The position numbers were made by a program, and so were the translations under genes. Positions 10,571-21,600 of a stretch of 64,000 bases of DNA are shown here, in pieces. Position 1 is the stretch's first letter; each line of letters starts with the position of its first letter. The DNA comes from Bacteroidales bacterium (GTDB lineage Bacteria > Bacteroidota > Bacteroidia > Bacteroidales > UBA932): positions 6,899 to 70,898 of the forward strand of contig JAVBQY010000003.1 of assembly GCA_031548545.1 (NCBI GenBank), read 5' to 3'. The notes under the pieces are model-generated. The model worked only from the letters and a program-made list of their open reading frames with translations, did not search any database and had not been told where the DNA came from.

Positions 10571-12145
10571 ATGAAAAAAATCCTCCCCCTATTCATCTTC
10601 TTACTCTGCCTGACTCCACTTGCAGCCCAAGACCTGCACGCCTTACAAGAAGGCTACAGCAAATACGGCCGCCTGCTTTATTATATCAATAGTCACTATG
10701 TAGATACGGCCAATATCCATAAGTTAGTGGAAAAGGCCGTAGTAGCCACCCTGCAACACCTCGACCCCCACTCTATATACCTCAGCGCCGAAGAGGTGAA
10801 AGCAGCCAATGAGCCCCTTGAGGGGAGCTTTGACGGCATAGGTGTGGAGTTCAATATCCTGAACGATACGCTTACCGTAGTCAGCGCCCTTTCCGGAGGC
10901 CCCTCGGAGCAAGTGGGCATCAAGGCCGGCGACCGCATTGTCCGTGTCAATGAAGAAAACATTGCCGGAGTAGGCCTTAAGAACGAACGTGTACTAAAGC
11001 TCCTGCGCGGCCCGAAAGGCAGCACGGTGAATATAGCGATCATACGCCAGGGAGTGAATGAAGCACTGCACTTTCTGGTGGTGCGCGACAAAATTCCCAT
11101 CCACAGCCTGGACGCTGCTTATGAGGTAAAGCCCGGCATGGTGTATATCCGCCTCAATAAATTTGCCATAACCACCATGGACGAATTATACACGGCGTTG
11201 CGCAAGTTTAAACGTAAACCGGCCGCCCTGATCCTTGACCTGCGGGGCAACAGCGGAGGTATACTACAAACCGCCATTGAGCTGGCCGACCAATTTTTCG
11301 ATGCCGGAAAACTGATGGTGTATACGGAAGGCGCCCATTGGACAAAAACAATGGAAATTTCTACCGGAGAAGGTCTCCTCAAGGCCTGCAGGTTAGCCGT
11401 ACTGATAGACGAAGGAAGCGCCTCGGCCAGTGAAATTGTGAGCGGCGCTATTCAGGACTGGGACCGTGGCGTGGTCATCGGCCGCCGTTCTTACGGAAAA
11501 GGATTGGTGCAACAGCTGCTACCGCTCAATGACGGCTCGCAGATCCGCCTCACCGTAGCCCGTTACCACACGCCTACCGGGCGGGTGATCCAACGGCCCT
11601 ATGATGCCGGCCATATTGAAAAATATTATACGGAAATTTACAAGCGGTACACCGACGGTGAAATTTACAGTCAGGACAGCATTCGCTTCCCGGACTCTCT
11701 GAAATTCCAAACCTTGAAAGAAAGGCGGGTGGTTTACGGCGGAGGCGGTATTATGCCCGACGTGTTTATGCCCTTGGATACCACTTATTATTCGGCCTAT
11801 TACTCAAAGATGCTCCGGTTGGGCATTCTCAACCAGTTTTCCATCCGTTATATGGATAACCACCGTGAGCGGCTCCAACGGCAATACAAGCAATTTACCG
11901 ACTTTGACAAGCAATTTGAGATAGACGCGGCGCTTTTCGAAGAACTACTGGCTTATGCAGAAAGCCAGCAACTGCCGCGAGACGAAGAAGGAATAAAAAC
12001 CTCGGGAGAAAATATTCGTTTAATCCTTAAAGCCTACATCGCCCGGATCCTTTGGGGCAGCAATGAATACTTCGAAGTAGTCAATAAACGTGATGACAAG
12101 GCCTTTCTTAAAGCAATAGAATTATTAGAAAAAAAAGATAAATAA
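10571..12145 (+). CDS. S41 family C-terminal processing (tail-specific) peptidase
   Basis: Signal peptide MKKILPLFIFLLCLTPLAAQ from the ATG at 10571; the listed 10547 start is a TTG inside promoter boxes. PDZ region GIKAGDRIVRVNE. Catalytic region DLRGNSGG ... SASASEI ... GKGLVQ. Confidence 0.9.
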   Translation: MKKILPLFIFLLCLTPLAAQDLHALQEGYSKYGRLLYYINSHYVDTANIHKLVEKAVVATLQHLDPHSIYLSAEEVKAANEPLEGSFDGIGVEFNILNDTLTVVSALSGGPSEQVGIKAGDRIVRVNEENIAGVGLKNERVLKLLRGPKGSTVNIAIIRQGVNEALHFLVVRDKIPIHSLDAAYEVKPGMVYIRLNKFAITTMDELYTALRKFKRKPAALILDLRGNSGGILQTAIELADQFFDAGKLMVYTEGAHWTKTMEISTGEGLLKACRLAVLIDEGSASASEIVSGAIQDWDRGVVIGRRSYGKGLVQQLLPLNDGSQIRLTVARYHTPTGRVIQRPYDAGHIEKYYTEIYKRYTDGEIYSQDSIRFPDSLKFQTLKERRVVYGGGGIMPDVFMPLDTTYYSAYYSKMLRLGILNQFSIRYMDNHRERLQRQYKQFTDFDKQFEIDAALFEELLAYAESQQLPRDEEGIKTSGENIRLILKAYIARILWGSNEYFEVVNKRDDKAFLKAIELLEKKDK

Positions 12146-12151
12146 AAAAGT

Positions 12152-13378
12152 ATGGGGAAAATTAATTTCAAAAAAATCTTCGCCAATCTGGGCATATTAA
12201 TTATAATCGCTATGCTTGCGGGCTGTATTGCCGGCTTCTTCATGGGCGGGAACGCCTCTATGTTTGATCCGCTCGGGCGTATATTTATTCTGCTGATTAA
12301 AATGCTGGTAGTTCCCCTGATCTTTGTATCCATACTGTCGGGGGCCATGAGCCTGGGCGCTACAAAAAAAGCCGGGAAGGTCGCCTTCATTTCCATTGCC
12401 TTCATTTTAGTGAGCTCTCTGCTGGCCGGCTTCATCGCCCTGGCGCTGGGCTTGTGGTTGCAGCCGGGCAGCGGTGTATCTCCGGAATTACTAAAGTCTT
12501 TCATGAACGGCCATGAGGCCGCCACCGGTCCGGCCGCCACACTGGGCTTCTGGGCAACGCTGGAAAGCTTTATCCCTGAAAATCCGGTAAGGGCTTTGGC
12601 GCAGGGAAACATACTCCAGATCATCGTATTCTGTATGTTGCTCGGTTTCGGCATAGGCACCATCCCCGGTGAGAAAAAAGAATTGATTACCAAAATGATC
12701 GATGGTTTTTTAGACGCATTGATCTGGTGTATAAAGGTCGTTATGTGGACGGCGCCGATCGGTGTTTTCGCCCTGATGGCCTCGGCCGTAGGCACCCTTG
12801 GCTTCGACATTTTCGGAAAACTGGCCAACCTGCTATGGGTGAACATACTGGCCTTGCTGATCCTTTGGGCCGGCGTTTACCTGCTCTGCATACACTTCTT
12901 CTCCAATGTTTCCGTGGCCCAATTCATCAAAGCCATGGTTAAACCGCAGGTCGTAGCCCTTTCCACCGCCTCTTCACTGGCCACCCTGGCCCTCAACATG
13001 AAAGTAAGCGAAGAAGAACTGAAAGTCCATAAAGACACCGTATCTTTCGTATTGCCCTTGGGCGCCACCATCAATATGGCCGGCAATGTCTTATACTATA
13101 TATTAGCCACCCTCTTCCTGGCCCAGTTTTACGGTATGGACATCAGCATGAGCGCCTATGTAGCCATTACCATCACGGCCGTATTAAGCGCCATAGGCCA
13201 GGCCGGCGTACCGGGCCCCACGCTCACCCTCTTTGCCGTACTGCTTGCCGGCGGTATTCCCCTGGACGGCGTAGCCCTGCTCTTTGCCGTGGACCGCCTC
13301 TTTGATATGCTGCGCACGACAATGAATATTACAGGGGACGCAGTCTGCGCCGCAGTGGTCGATAAATATACCAATTGA
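12152..13378 (+). CDS. Dicarboxylate/amino acid:cation symporter (DAACS/GltP family)
   Basis: 408 aa, multi-TM. Family-typical segments LKMLVVPLIFVSI, SSLATLA, GATINMAGN, DRLFDMLRTTMNITGD. Only 6 nt downstream of the S41 peptidase gene. Confidence 0.9.
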   Translation: MGKINFKKIFANLGILIIIAMLAGCIAGFFMGGNASMFDPLGRIFILLIKMLVVPLIFVSILSGAMSLGATKKAGKVAFISIAFILVSSLLAGFIALALGLWLQPGSGVSPELLKSFMNGHEAATGPAATLGFWATLESFIPENPVRALAQGNILQIIVFCMLLGFGIGTIPGEKKELITKMIDGFLDALIWCIKVVMWTAPIGVFALMASAVGTLGFDIFGKLANLLWVNILALLILWAGVYLLCIHFFSNVSVAQFIKAMVKPQVVALSTASSLATLALNMKVSEEELKVHKDTVSFVLPLGATINMAGNVLYYILATLFLAQFYGMDISMSAYVAITITAVLSAIGQAGVPGPTLTLFAVLLAGGIPLDGVALLFAVDRLFDMLRTTMNITGDAVCAAVVDKYTN

Positions 13379-13870
13379 TTATCGCGGCCACTCCCCGACT
13401 TCCAACTCGCGGATGTTGCCCTGGTCAATAATGAAACGCACGGCCGTGCGTACGGTATGAATACCGCGTACGCTGGCTCCTCCCGGATTGATGTGCAGCA
13501 GGTTGTAGTGCTTATCATACATCACCTTCAAAATATGGGAGTGCCCCGAAATAAACAGTTTGGGCGGCTGCTCCTCGATGAGCCGGCGCGCCTCATAAGA
13601 GTAGTTACCGGGATAGCCGCCAATGTGCATCATGAGCACATCCACCCCTTCCAGTGTGAAGCGTTGCACCTCGGGATACACGGTCCGCACGTGCCAGTCA
13701 TCGCAATTACCGAAGACCGCCCGCAGGGGTTTAAAGGCCGCCATTTCATCGGCCAGCTCCAGATTGCCGATATCGCCGGCATGCCATAACTCATCGACCC
13801 CCTCAAAAAAGCGGCAGAGTTTGTCATCAAAGCAATAATGGGTGTCGGAGAGTAATCCTATACGTTTCAT
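13379..13870 (-). CDS. YfcE/MJ0936-type metallophosphoesterase
   Basis: Motifs LSDTH, HAGDIG, GNCD, GHSH, GG. ATG at 13870 (MKRIGLLSDTH); the listed 13879 start is a TTG. Confidence 0.85.
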   Translation of the reverse strand: MKRIGLLSDTHYCFDDKLCRFFEGVDELWHAGDIGNLELADEMAAFKPLRAVFGNCDDWHVRTVYPEVQRFTLEGVDVLMMHIGGYPGNYSYEARRLIEEQPPKLFISGHSHILKVMYDKHYNLLHINPGGASVRGIHTVRTAVRFIIDQGNIRELEVGEWPR

Positions 13871-13913
13871 AGCTACCAAAGATACAGCGTTTTTCCCGAA
13901 TCACAAAATTTTA

Positions 13914-13921
13914 TATCTTTG
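13914..13921 (+). promoter_or_regulatory. -7 promoter box TATCTTTG upstream of rsmE
   Basis: TAnnTTTG match 15 nt before the rsmE ATG. Confidence 0.5.
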
Positions 13922-13935
13922 TAAAAATTTGGACT

Positions 13936-14646
13936 ATGCATCTGTTTTATACCCCCGATATACAAGGAACACACTATACCTTGAATGAAGAAGAATCTAA
14001 GCACTGCATACGGGTATTGCGCCTGGCCGAAGGGGATACGGTATACCTCACCGACGGACGGGGAACATTGTACACCACCCGGGTGGCCAGGGCCCATGAT
14101 AAGGCCTGTGTAGTGGAGCTTATCCGTAAAGAAGAAAACTACGGACAACGTGATTATTACCTGCAACTGGCCGTAGCGCCCACAAAGAACATGGAACGTT
14201 ATGAGTGGATGCTGGAAAAAATCACCGAAATAGGCGTTGACCGTATCAGCCCCCTGCTTTGCGAACATGCCGAGCGCCGTATACTGAAGCACGAACGGGC
14301 GGAGAAAATTATAACCGCCGCCATGAAACAATCTCTGAAAGCCTACCTGCCGCAACTGGATGCATTGACCCCTTTCATGCAATTTATACGGCAGCCCTTT
14401 GACGGCCAGAAATTCATAGGGCACTGCGCCGAAGGGGAACGGATAGTACTGCCCAAAGTCCTTGAAGGTTGTAATAAAGCCCTTATCCTGATTGGCCCGG
14501 AAGGCGACTTCTCCGCCGCCGAAATCAAAGCGGCGCTGGAGCAGGGATTCACACCGGTGAGCCTGGGCGACACGCGGCTGCGCGTGGAAACGGCAGCAGT
14601 GGTAGCCTGCAGTCAACTACAAACGATACAATTACTTAAACCCTGA
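13936..14646 (+). CDS. rsmE: 16S rRNA (uracil1498-N3)-methyltransferase RsmE
   Basis: 236 aa. N-terminal PUA-like MHLFY...E.HC.RVLRL..GD, C-terminal SPOUT knot LIGPEGDFS..E, LG...LR.ETA. Confidence 0.9.
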   Translation: MHLFYTPDIQGTHYTLNEEESKHCIRVLRLAEGDTVYLTDGRGTLYTTRVARAHDKACVVELIRKEENYGQRDYYLQLAVAPTKNMERYEWMLEKITEIGVDRISPLLCEHAERRILKHERAEKIITAAMKQSLKAYLPQLDALTPFMQFIRQPFDGQKFIGHCAEGERIVLPKVLEGCNKALILIGPEGDFSAAEIKAALEQGFTPVSLGDTRLRVETAAVVACSQLQTIQLLKP

Positions 14647-14649
14647 CAC

Positions 14650-15102
14650 ATGTCAAATATCCTGATCAGAAAAGCACAGAGAGAAGATTGTCCGCGGCTG
14701 ATGGAACTCATCCGGGGCCTGGCCGATTACGAAAAAATGCCTGATGAAGTGACGGTAGCCCTCTCCCATTTTGAGGAAAGCGGCTTCGGGCCCAATCCCG
14801 TATGGTGGGGCTTTGTGGCCGAAACAGACGGTATGGTTTACGGCTTCGCCCTCTACTATATCCGGTATAGTACCTGGAAGGGACAACGCCTGTGGCTCGA
14901 AGATTTATATGTAGACCCGCATAAGCGGGGGCAAAAACTGGGCGCCATGCTCTTTGACCGGCTTATCGAAGAGGCCAGGGCAAAAGGCTATTCGGGAATG
15001 AACTGGCAGGCGCTGGACTGGAATGAACCGGCCCTGAACTTTTACCGTAAATACAAGGCTAATTTCGACCCCAGCTGGGTAAACTGCAGCATTGACTTTT
15101 AA
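14650..15102 (+). CDS. GNAT family N-acetyltransferase (diamine/SSAT-like)
   Basis: 150 aa. Acetyl-CoA binding RGQKLGAMLF; overall resemblance to spermidine/spermine-type acetyltransferases (LADYEKMPDEV). Confidence 0.85.
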   Translation: MSNILIRKAQREDCPRLMELIRGLADYEKMPDEVTVALSHFEESGFGPNPVWWGFVAETDGMVYGFALYYIRYSTWKGQRLWLEDLYVDPHKRGQKLGAMLFDRLIEEARAKGYSGMNWQALDWNEPALNFYRKYKANFDPSWVNCSIDF

Positions 15103-15135
15103 TCACCTGTTCCTATTTCAATTATACCTAACGAC

Positions 15136-15417
15136 ATGACCATAACTGCCCTGATTGGCTATGCTGCCGCCGCCTTATCCATCCTCAACCAATTTCCGCA
15201 AGCGATTAAAGTAATAAAGACGAGAGACACGCACAGCCTGTCCCTCTCTATGTACTGTATTGTTGAAGTCTGTATTTCTTTATGGCTGGTATACGGCATC
15301 CTGCTCAATGACCTGCCCCTGATTGTGGGCAACGCCATATCCCTAATCCCCATTACCTACATTTGGCTGACCAAGATTTACCATACCATTACCGGCAAAG
15401 ACCCCTGGGGCATATAG
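15136..15417 (+). CDS. SemiSWEET (PQ-loop, 3-TM) sugar transporter
   Basis: 93 aa, three predicted TM helices. PQ motif in LNQFPQAIKVIKTRDT after TM1. Confidence 0.8.
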   Translation: MTITALIGYAAAALSILNQFPQAIKVIKTRDTHSLSLSMYCIVEVCISLWLVYGILLNDLPLIVGNAISLIPITYIWLTKIYHTITGKDPWGI

Positions 15418-15421
15418 TCTA

Positions 15422-16153
15422 CTAAAAAACGGTATACTCTTTTTGGGTCTTATCAAAGATTTTACGGCTGAACTGGTACAAAGTGGCGGCTTTGTGCGGC
15501 ACGTTGGTTTGCCGTTCGGCCAAAGGCAATAAAAATTTAAAGGTATTCACCTTGCGCCGGAAATTACGTTTGTCCACTGGCCGGCCCATAATCAATTCGT
15601 ATAAACGCTGAAACTCCGTCAGCGTAAATTTGTCGGGAAGCAATTCGAAAACCACCGGCTCATAAGCCACATCACGGCGTAGCTTTTCAAGCGCTCCGTC
15701 CAGGATATCACGGTGGTCAAAAATCAGGTCCCCTATTTCATGCAAGTCCCGCCAATGGGCTTCCGGAGACATTGTACAGACATCAATATCTTTGATGTTT
15801 ACTACGGCATAGAAAGCAATAGTAATTACCCTCCATTCTCCCACGCCTTTTTGCTGTATCCATAAAAAGTCGAATTCACGCCGGTGAAGCCGGTCCACGG
15901 CGCTGAACACCTTGAACTGTTTCAGAAAAACATTTCCGATACTGATACCGGTTTGCTCCCTTAGCGTACGCACAGCTGTTTCTTCCACACTCTCAGAAAC
16001 AAGCACGTGATTACCGGGCAACTTCCACTCCGTAGCCACGGCGCCATCATGTTCTATTAGCTCTCTGCGTAACAAGACCTTCAGACTGCCGGCATCATAA
16101 CCGAAAATCACGCAGTCAACAGAAACCTGTCTTAGCATATCGGGACTTTTCAT
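15422..16153 (-). CDS. Nudix-fold transcriptional regulator (NrtR/AraR-like: degenerate Nudix domain plus C-terminal winged helix)
   Basis: 243 aa. The Nudix-box position reads GNHVLVSESVEETAVRTLREQTGI, with two of the three catalytic Glu of REuxEExGu replaced (T, Q). The C-terminal ~90 aa (FTLTEFQRLYELIMGRPVDKRNFRRKV) look like the wHTH of NrtR-type regulators. It flanks the PUL. Confidence 0.75.
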   Translation of the reverse strand: MKSPDMLRQVSVDCVIFGYDAGSLKVLLRRELIEHDGAVATEWKLPGNHVLVSESVEETAVRTLREQTGISIGNVFLKQFKVFSAVDRLHRREFDFLWIQQKGVGEWRVITIAFYAVVNIKDIDVCTMSPEAHWRDLHEIGDLIFDHRDILDGALEKLRRDVAYEPVVFELLPDKFTLTEFQRLYELIMGRPVDKRNFRRKVNTFKFLLPLAERQTNVPHKAATLYQFSRKIFDKTQKEYTVF

Positions 16154-16188
16154 GTGTACAAATATAATTATTTTTTATCTTTTATAAA

Positions 16189-16217
16189 ACAGGCCTTGCC
16201 GGTCCGACAAGGCCTGT
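16189..16217 (-). terminator. Hairpin terminator after the susC-susD-PKD operon
   Basis: 10-bp stem ACAGGCCTTG / CAAGGCCTGT with a 9-nt loop. On the minus strand it is followed by GTTTTATAAAAG, which is T/A rich. Confidence 0.5.
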
Positions 16218-16256
16218 TCGTAAAACACACTAATCTAACCTAAAACACTACAAGGC

Positions 16257-17096
16257 TTAGGGATGAGTAAAACGCATAAAGAAAGCGCCCCAACCTAACC
16301 TAATTCTTAATTTAAGGATATTTTCATCCAGTTGCAGAACATCATACCTATTGGTGGCCCAGGCGCCGTTAGGCACATAGGATGGGAATCCGCCATTACT
16401 TAAGGTAAGCGTCTTGGTATCTCCATCAATTTCCAAATTCCATTGCTGGCCGGCCGGCTGTGCATAAGGTACCAATACGCTACCGCTCGGCTTAGGTTGT
16501 ACGCCGAAAGCTTCTGCAGCATCTTCATTACACAAAACCCAGCCTAAAGACACCAATTCATAATTCCCTGCCCGGTCATAACCATTAGCGTGGAATTTCA
16601 GGGTATCATCATACACTTTAGGGTCTTGCTCATTCGGACCGGCTACCCACCACTCCGGATTAGGAGCCCATTCTGGTCCATTCCCAATATGACCGCTATT
16701 ATTATGATCCCATACCCAAGGCTTTGATGTCAGGTTAATCACGTCTATGGGGTAATCTTCCGTAACTTCAAATGTAATGGTTTTGGTAGTACTGATACCG
16801 GCCTTATTGTAAACAGCCAATTGTACGGAGTAAGTGCCTGCATCATAATACTGGCGTGTAATATCAACCCCCACTTTGGTAGCTCCTCCGAAATTCCAGA
16901 TGCCCACCACACCGGGAGTAAGGATATTAAACTTCATATTTGCAGGTGTAGTTCCGGCGGGTTCTATACTGTACTGAATATTTTCGATGTCTGCAATGGC
17001 GCCCATATCCGGCTTCTTGTCTTCCATGGGTGTACAGGCTGTTACCAGGCAGGCAGGCAGGCAGGCCAACAAAGCATATTTTATAATTTTTTTCAT
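16257..17096 (-). CDS. PKD-domain surface lipoprotein, probable SusE/F-position glycan-binding protein
   Basis: 279 aa. Lipoprotein signal MKKIIKYALLACLPACLVTAC. PKD-like fold (WNFGG...DAGTYSVQLAVYNKAG). Trp/aromatic-rich C-terminal domain. Lies immediately downstream of susD. Confidence 0.8.
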   Translation of the reverse strand: MKKIIKYALLACLPACLVTACTPMEDKKPDMGAIADIENIQYSIEPAGTTPANMKFNILTPGVVGIWNFGGATKVGVDITRQYYDAGTYSVQLAVYNKAGISTTKTITFEVTEDYPIDVINLTSKPWVWDHNNSGHIGNGPEWAPNPEWWVAGPNEQDPKVYDDTLKFHANGYDRAGNYELVSLGWVLCNEDAAEAFGVQPKPSGSVLVPYAQPAGQQWNLEIDGDTKTLTLSNGGFPSYVPNGAWATNRYDVLQLDENILKLRIRLGWGAFFMRFTHP

Positions 17097-17116
17097 ATTT
17101 CAAGTTCGTTTAAATA

Positions 17117-18637
17117 TTAATTATAACCGGGGTTTTGTTTCAACTCGCCATGGGTGCGGTCGATTTCAGCAGCAGGCAGGGGCCAGTATTTCTTATAGGA
17201 TACATAACCCTTAGCGCCCAACACCTCTTCGGCCTTGTTAAAGCGTTGCAAGTCCCAATAACGGTGACCTTCGCAGGCAAATTCCAAATGCCGTTCACTC
17301 AGAATACCATCAAGGGTTACCGCACGTTGAGTAAAGGAAGTACCGAAAGCACGGCGGCGCACGGCGTCAAAGGGTGTTTGAGCATCACCGCTGCCAAGGC
17401 GCAAACGCAACTCAGACATATTCAACAGCACCTCCGCATAACGGAAAATACGGATATTATTACGGAAGTTCATATCGGCGTTACCGGTGGTAACATCGTT
17501 ATAGCCCTTACGCGGCGCATATTTTTTATTGAAGAAACCGGTATCATCATAAGAGGGGTCATAAGTACAACCGGGGTTATCAGCCATATATTTCTGCATA
17601 TTCAGGATACCGCCGTCTCTGCGCTGGTCAGTCGGATCATATAAACCGTACAAAGTCGGCATAACTACATCAAAACCCCAACCTTCCTGAAAATCAGGAC
17701 TATTTTTCAAACCACGGGGCCCGATAAGTTTAGGGAATACGGTACCACCCACACCATTGCTATAATCCCAGGTTCTGGAAGCGCCTTTATCATAGTAGTT
17801 CACTTCAAAAATTGATTCCGAGCTCCATTCTCCTTCATCCTTGAAGATGCCTTCAAAGTCGGATTTAAGGCTGTAATATCCTTTAGATTCAATATCTTCC
17901 ATATCGGCCAACACTTCTGCATAACGCGAGCGGTCTTGCTGGTACATTACCATACGGGCTTTCAGCATCTGTGCGGCGGCGCGGGTAATACGGCCCTGCT
18001 CCCCATCGGCTACCGATAAAGGCAGGTAGTCTCCGCCGATCACCTCATCCATGACAGCAACCAACTTAGCATACACCTCATCAGCTGTAAGTTGCGGAGC
18101 GGTAAAGGGTGTGGTAAGGTTCTTGTCATAATAAGGAATGTTGCCCCAGAGTTTCCATAACCAATGGTAGTAGTAGGTAAACAAGTATTTAGCTTCTCCC
18201 AACACACGGTTCTTGGCGGCCGGAGACATGCCCTGTATTTTGTCTATATTCTCAATTACCTGCAAGGCACGGTTAACACCCGAATAATAGATGGTCCACA
18301 ACACATCGGGTTGCTCCAGCGGGGTAATCTGAAAACGGTTAAGCAGCGTTACCACCTTTTGGTCGTATTCCGTACCGCCGCCGGATTTCACGTCATCCGA
18401 CATCATGTCCGAAATCATGGTAATCTGGTTATATTGCCCCCACACATAGGAATCCCATTGCAAAGGGTCATAGGCGGCCACCAGGGCCTGGGTGATATCT
18501 GCTTCTGTTTGATAATAATCACTGGCCATTACACCGCTTGGCGGATACACATCGAGGAATGACTCGGAACAAGCGCTCAGGCCGGTCAAAGCAATGATGC
18601 TATATAAGTATATTTTTTTCATAACGTAATTAGTCAT
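17117..18637 (-). CDS. susD: SusD/RagB family nutrient-binding outer-membrane lipoprotein
   Basis: 506 aa. Lipoprotein signal ...ALTGLSACSESFLDV. Typical SusD TPR-like N-terminal half and C-terminal ...W..R..EL..EG.R..DL.R. An alternative ATG at 18622 gives MKKIYLY. Confidence 0.93.
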   Translation of the reverse strand: MTNYVMKKIYLYSIIALTGLSACSESFLDVYPPSGVMASDYYQTEADITQALVAAYDPLQWDSYVWGQYNQITMISDMMSDDVKSGGGTEYDQKVVTLLNRFQITPLEQPDVLWTIYYSGVNRALQVIENIDKIQGMSPAAKNRVLGEAKYLFTYYYHWLWKLWGNIPYYDKNLTTPFTAPQLTADEVYAKLVAVMDEVIGGDYLPLSVADGEQGRITRAAAQMLKARMVMYQQDRSRYAEVLADMEDIESKGYYSLKSDFEGIFKDEGEWSSESIFEVNYYDKGASRTWDYSNGVGGTVFPKLIGPRGLKNSPDFQEGWGFDVVMPTLYGLYDPTDQRRDGGILNMQKYMADNPGCTYDPSYDDTGFFNKKYAPRKGYNDVTTGNADMNFRNNIRIFRYAEVLLNMSELRLRLGSGDAQTPFDAVRRRAFGTSFTQRAVTLDGILSERHLEFACEGHRYWDLQRFNKAEEVLGAKGYVSYKKYWPLPAAEIDRTHGELKQNPGYN

Positions 18638-18650
18638 TTAAGGTTGAAAA

Positions 18651-21600
18651 TTATAAGCCCAGGTTAACACCGAATGATAAGGTGCGTGATTGCGGATAGA
18701 CGCCCTTATCTATACCATTGGACATTTCCGGGTCAAAACCACGATAGCCGGTAAAGGTCAGCAGGTTTTCCGCCATGAAATACACCCGCAGTTTTTCAAC
18801 AAAGAATTTCTTAGTAATATTTTTCGGCAAGGTATACCCTATTTGCAGGCTCTTCAGGCGCAGGTAAGAACCGTTTTGTACATACAGGTCTGAAGATTTC
18901 CAGTTACCATTCGGGTCTACAAAGCTCAAACGCGGAGTAGAATTAGAAGTGCCGGGACCGGTCCAACGGTCAATCATGTAACCGGGCAGGTTCACAGAGG
19001 CCAGGTCAAGACGGCGGGTTACGTCATAAATATCAGAACCGGCCACACCCTGGAAGAAGGCATTCAAATCAATACCTTTCCACGCCAAATCAATAGTAAA
19101 ACCATAGGTCCATTTGGGGAAGAAGTTACCGATCATCGTACGGTCATCATCAGAGATCTTGCCGTCACCGTTCAGGTCTATAAAGCGAACATCACCGGCT
19201 ACGGCATTGGGCTGGATCTTACCGCCGTTTTGGTTCACATAGGCGTCGACCTCGGCCTGTGTCTGGAAAAGGCCGGCAGTTCTCAATCCGTAGAAGAAAT
19301 GGTAAGGATAACCATTCTCATCGCGGCTGATGGTACCTACCTGGTTATGGCTGTCGGCATTGTTATAACCGGACTCATTACCGAGATTATTCAGGGTATT
19401 TTTCAGGTAGGTAGCATTGGCGCTGAGACCTACATTCAGGTCGCCTACATTAAAGCGGTAACCCAGGTCCATTTCAACCCCCTGGTTGGTCATGTCACCC
19501 ACGTTGCCGATGGGCTTGGAGTCACCCACATAAGTAGGAATGGGCACCTCGATCAACATACCTTCCGTCTTTTTGTTATAGTAGTCAATAGAGAAGGTCA
19601 GCGCATTGTTAAAGAAACGGGCGTCAAGTCCGATGTCGGTCTGAGCCGTTGCTTCCCATTTGATATCAGGATTGGAAATACCATTGGGTTTCACACCGGT
19701 AACAATAGTTTCGCTACCGTTAGCCCCACTACCAAAGATATAGTTATTACCGCTATTCATGGTTACGGTATAACGGTAGTTACCAATGGCATCGTTACCG
19801 TTCTTACCCCAGCTTCCGCGGATTTTCAGGTAGCTGAACCACTCGGGGCGGTCTTGCATAAAACGCTCGTTCGTCACATTCCATCCCAATGATACAGAGG
19901 GGAAGTAGGCAAAACGGTTATTGGCGCCGAAGCGGGAAGAACCGTCGCGGCGGAGGGTAAATTCAACCATATAACGTTCATCATAGTTGTAACTAAGACG
20001 TCCGAAATAAGACACCAGCGCATAACGGTCAAAAGCGGATCCGCCGGCATTGCGTTGTCCGTTGGGCGTTTTGGTAAAATCAATATTCGCCTTTGAAGGA
20101 TCATCGGACAAGAGGTCATAACTGCCGCCGGACACATTGCGTCCGTTATATTCACGGGCGGATTGTCCGAGCAGTACCGAGAAATTATGTTTATCGGCTA
20201 TGGTATTGGTATAGCTCAGGGTGTTTTCCCACTGCCAGTCCAAGCCACGGTTAGAAGAGGACCATACTTCAGATTTCTCATTTTTGTTACTTTGGCCCAG
20301 ATAAAACTGAGGACTGTGTCCGTCATTGCCCCAGAAAGCCAGGTCGACACCAAAAGATGACTTAAATTTCAAGCCTTTGTACAGCTCAATTTCTCCGTAG
20401 AAAGAACTCACAAACTTATCCGACCAGTTTTTAGAAGCCGGCAGGTTCATCATGGCTACGGGGTTTACAATTTCATTATAGGTAGAGCCCGGCAGTTCAT
20501 AGACACGACCGTTTTTATCTTTTACGGCCGTAGGATGTGCTGCCAAGGTGGCAGAAGGATCATCTGCGTACACAGGCACCAGCGGAGAAAGCATCAGGGC
20601 GTTACCCAACGCTTCACCGAATACGCCGTTGGTTCCGATACCTGTAGAATTGATGTGCGCATAAGAGGCGTTCACCCCGATTACCGCTTTACGCAGGTAA
20701 TCCCGTTCGGAAGACTTGTCAAACATCGTATAGCTGTTGTTCAAGCGGATGCTCATACGGTCATAATTGGAACGGCCGTAATTACCTCCAACGATACCAT
20801 CTTGCGTCAGGTAACCGAAAGAGATATAGTAGTTATTTTTCTCCGTAGCGCCGGAAATACCAATCTGATGGTTTTGTATGCCGGCGTTATAATTAAACAC
20901 CTCATCCTGCCAGTTGGTATTGTGCTTGTAGTTGGTAGGATCCGGATAGATAGGCGCCTTGCCGTCATTAATATTCATTTCATTCATCAAAGTCTGGTAT
21001 TCAAACGCGTCCAATACGGCACGTTGTTTCCAGGGGTTCTGCCAACCATAAGAAAAATCATAGGTCAGGCGAACAGGCCCCTGAGAACCGCTCTTGGTCG
21101 TCACCAGGATAACCCCGTTGGCGCCACGTGTTCCGTATACGGCGGCAGAAGCCGCATCTTTCAAGACTTCAATAGAGGCGATGTCTGTAGGATTCAGGTA
21201 ATCAATACCGCCACCGACTTGCATTCCATCAATAATATACAAAGGATCACTATTACCAGTAGTACCGATACCGCGGATACGCACCGTAGAACCGGAACCC
21301 GGCTGGCCGGAAGACTGGGTTATATTAACCCCAGCCACCTTACCACGCAGTACATTTTCAATACGGGTCGGCGTTTCGTTCTCAATATCGGAAGATTTCA
21401 CACTTCCGATCGCTGCGGTAACCACACTTTTCTTTTGTACGCCGTAGCCCACCACCACTAACTCTTCCAAATTCACAGCATTTTCCATCAAACTCACGTT
21501 GACGGTATTCTGCGTTGCTACCACCTCTTTGGTAGAATAACCCATCGACGTAAACACCAGCGTCTTGCCCAGAGGAGCATTAACACTAAATTCACCCGAC

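Noticed and set aside
20535-21461. A 308-aa plus-strand ORF, and other long ORFs antisense to confidently assigned genes: 3130-3960, 6381-7091, 12034-12846, 13873-14616, 39063-39719, 40266-40931, 57336-58100.
   Set aside because: Each lies entirely inside, and opposite to, a gene with strong family motifs (susC, kdsD, rlmI, the DAACS symporter, rsmE, the 2101-aa protein, gcvT). Their translations are low-complexity and Arg/Gly/His-rich with no recognisable motif. These are typical shadow ORFs of mid-GC coding DNA.
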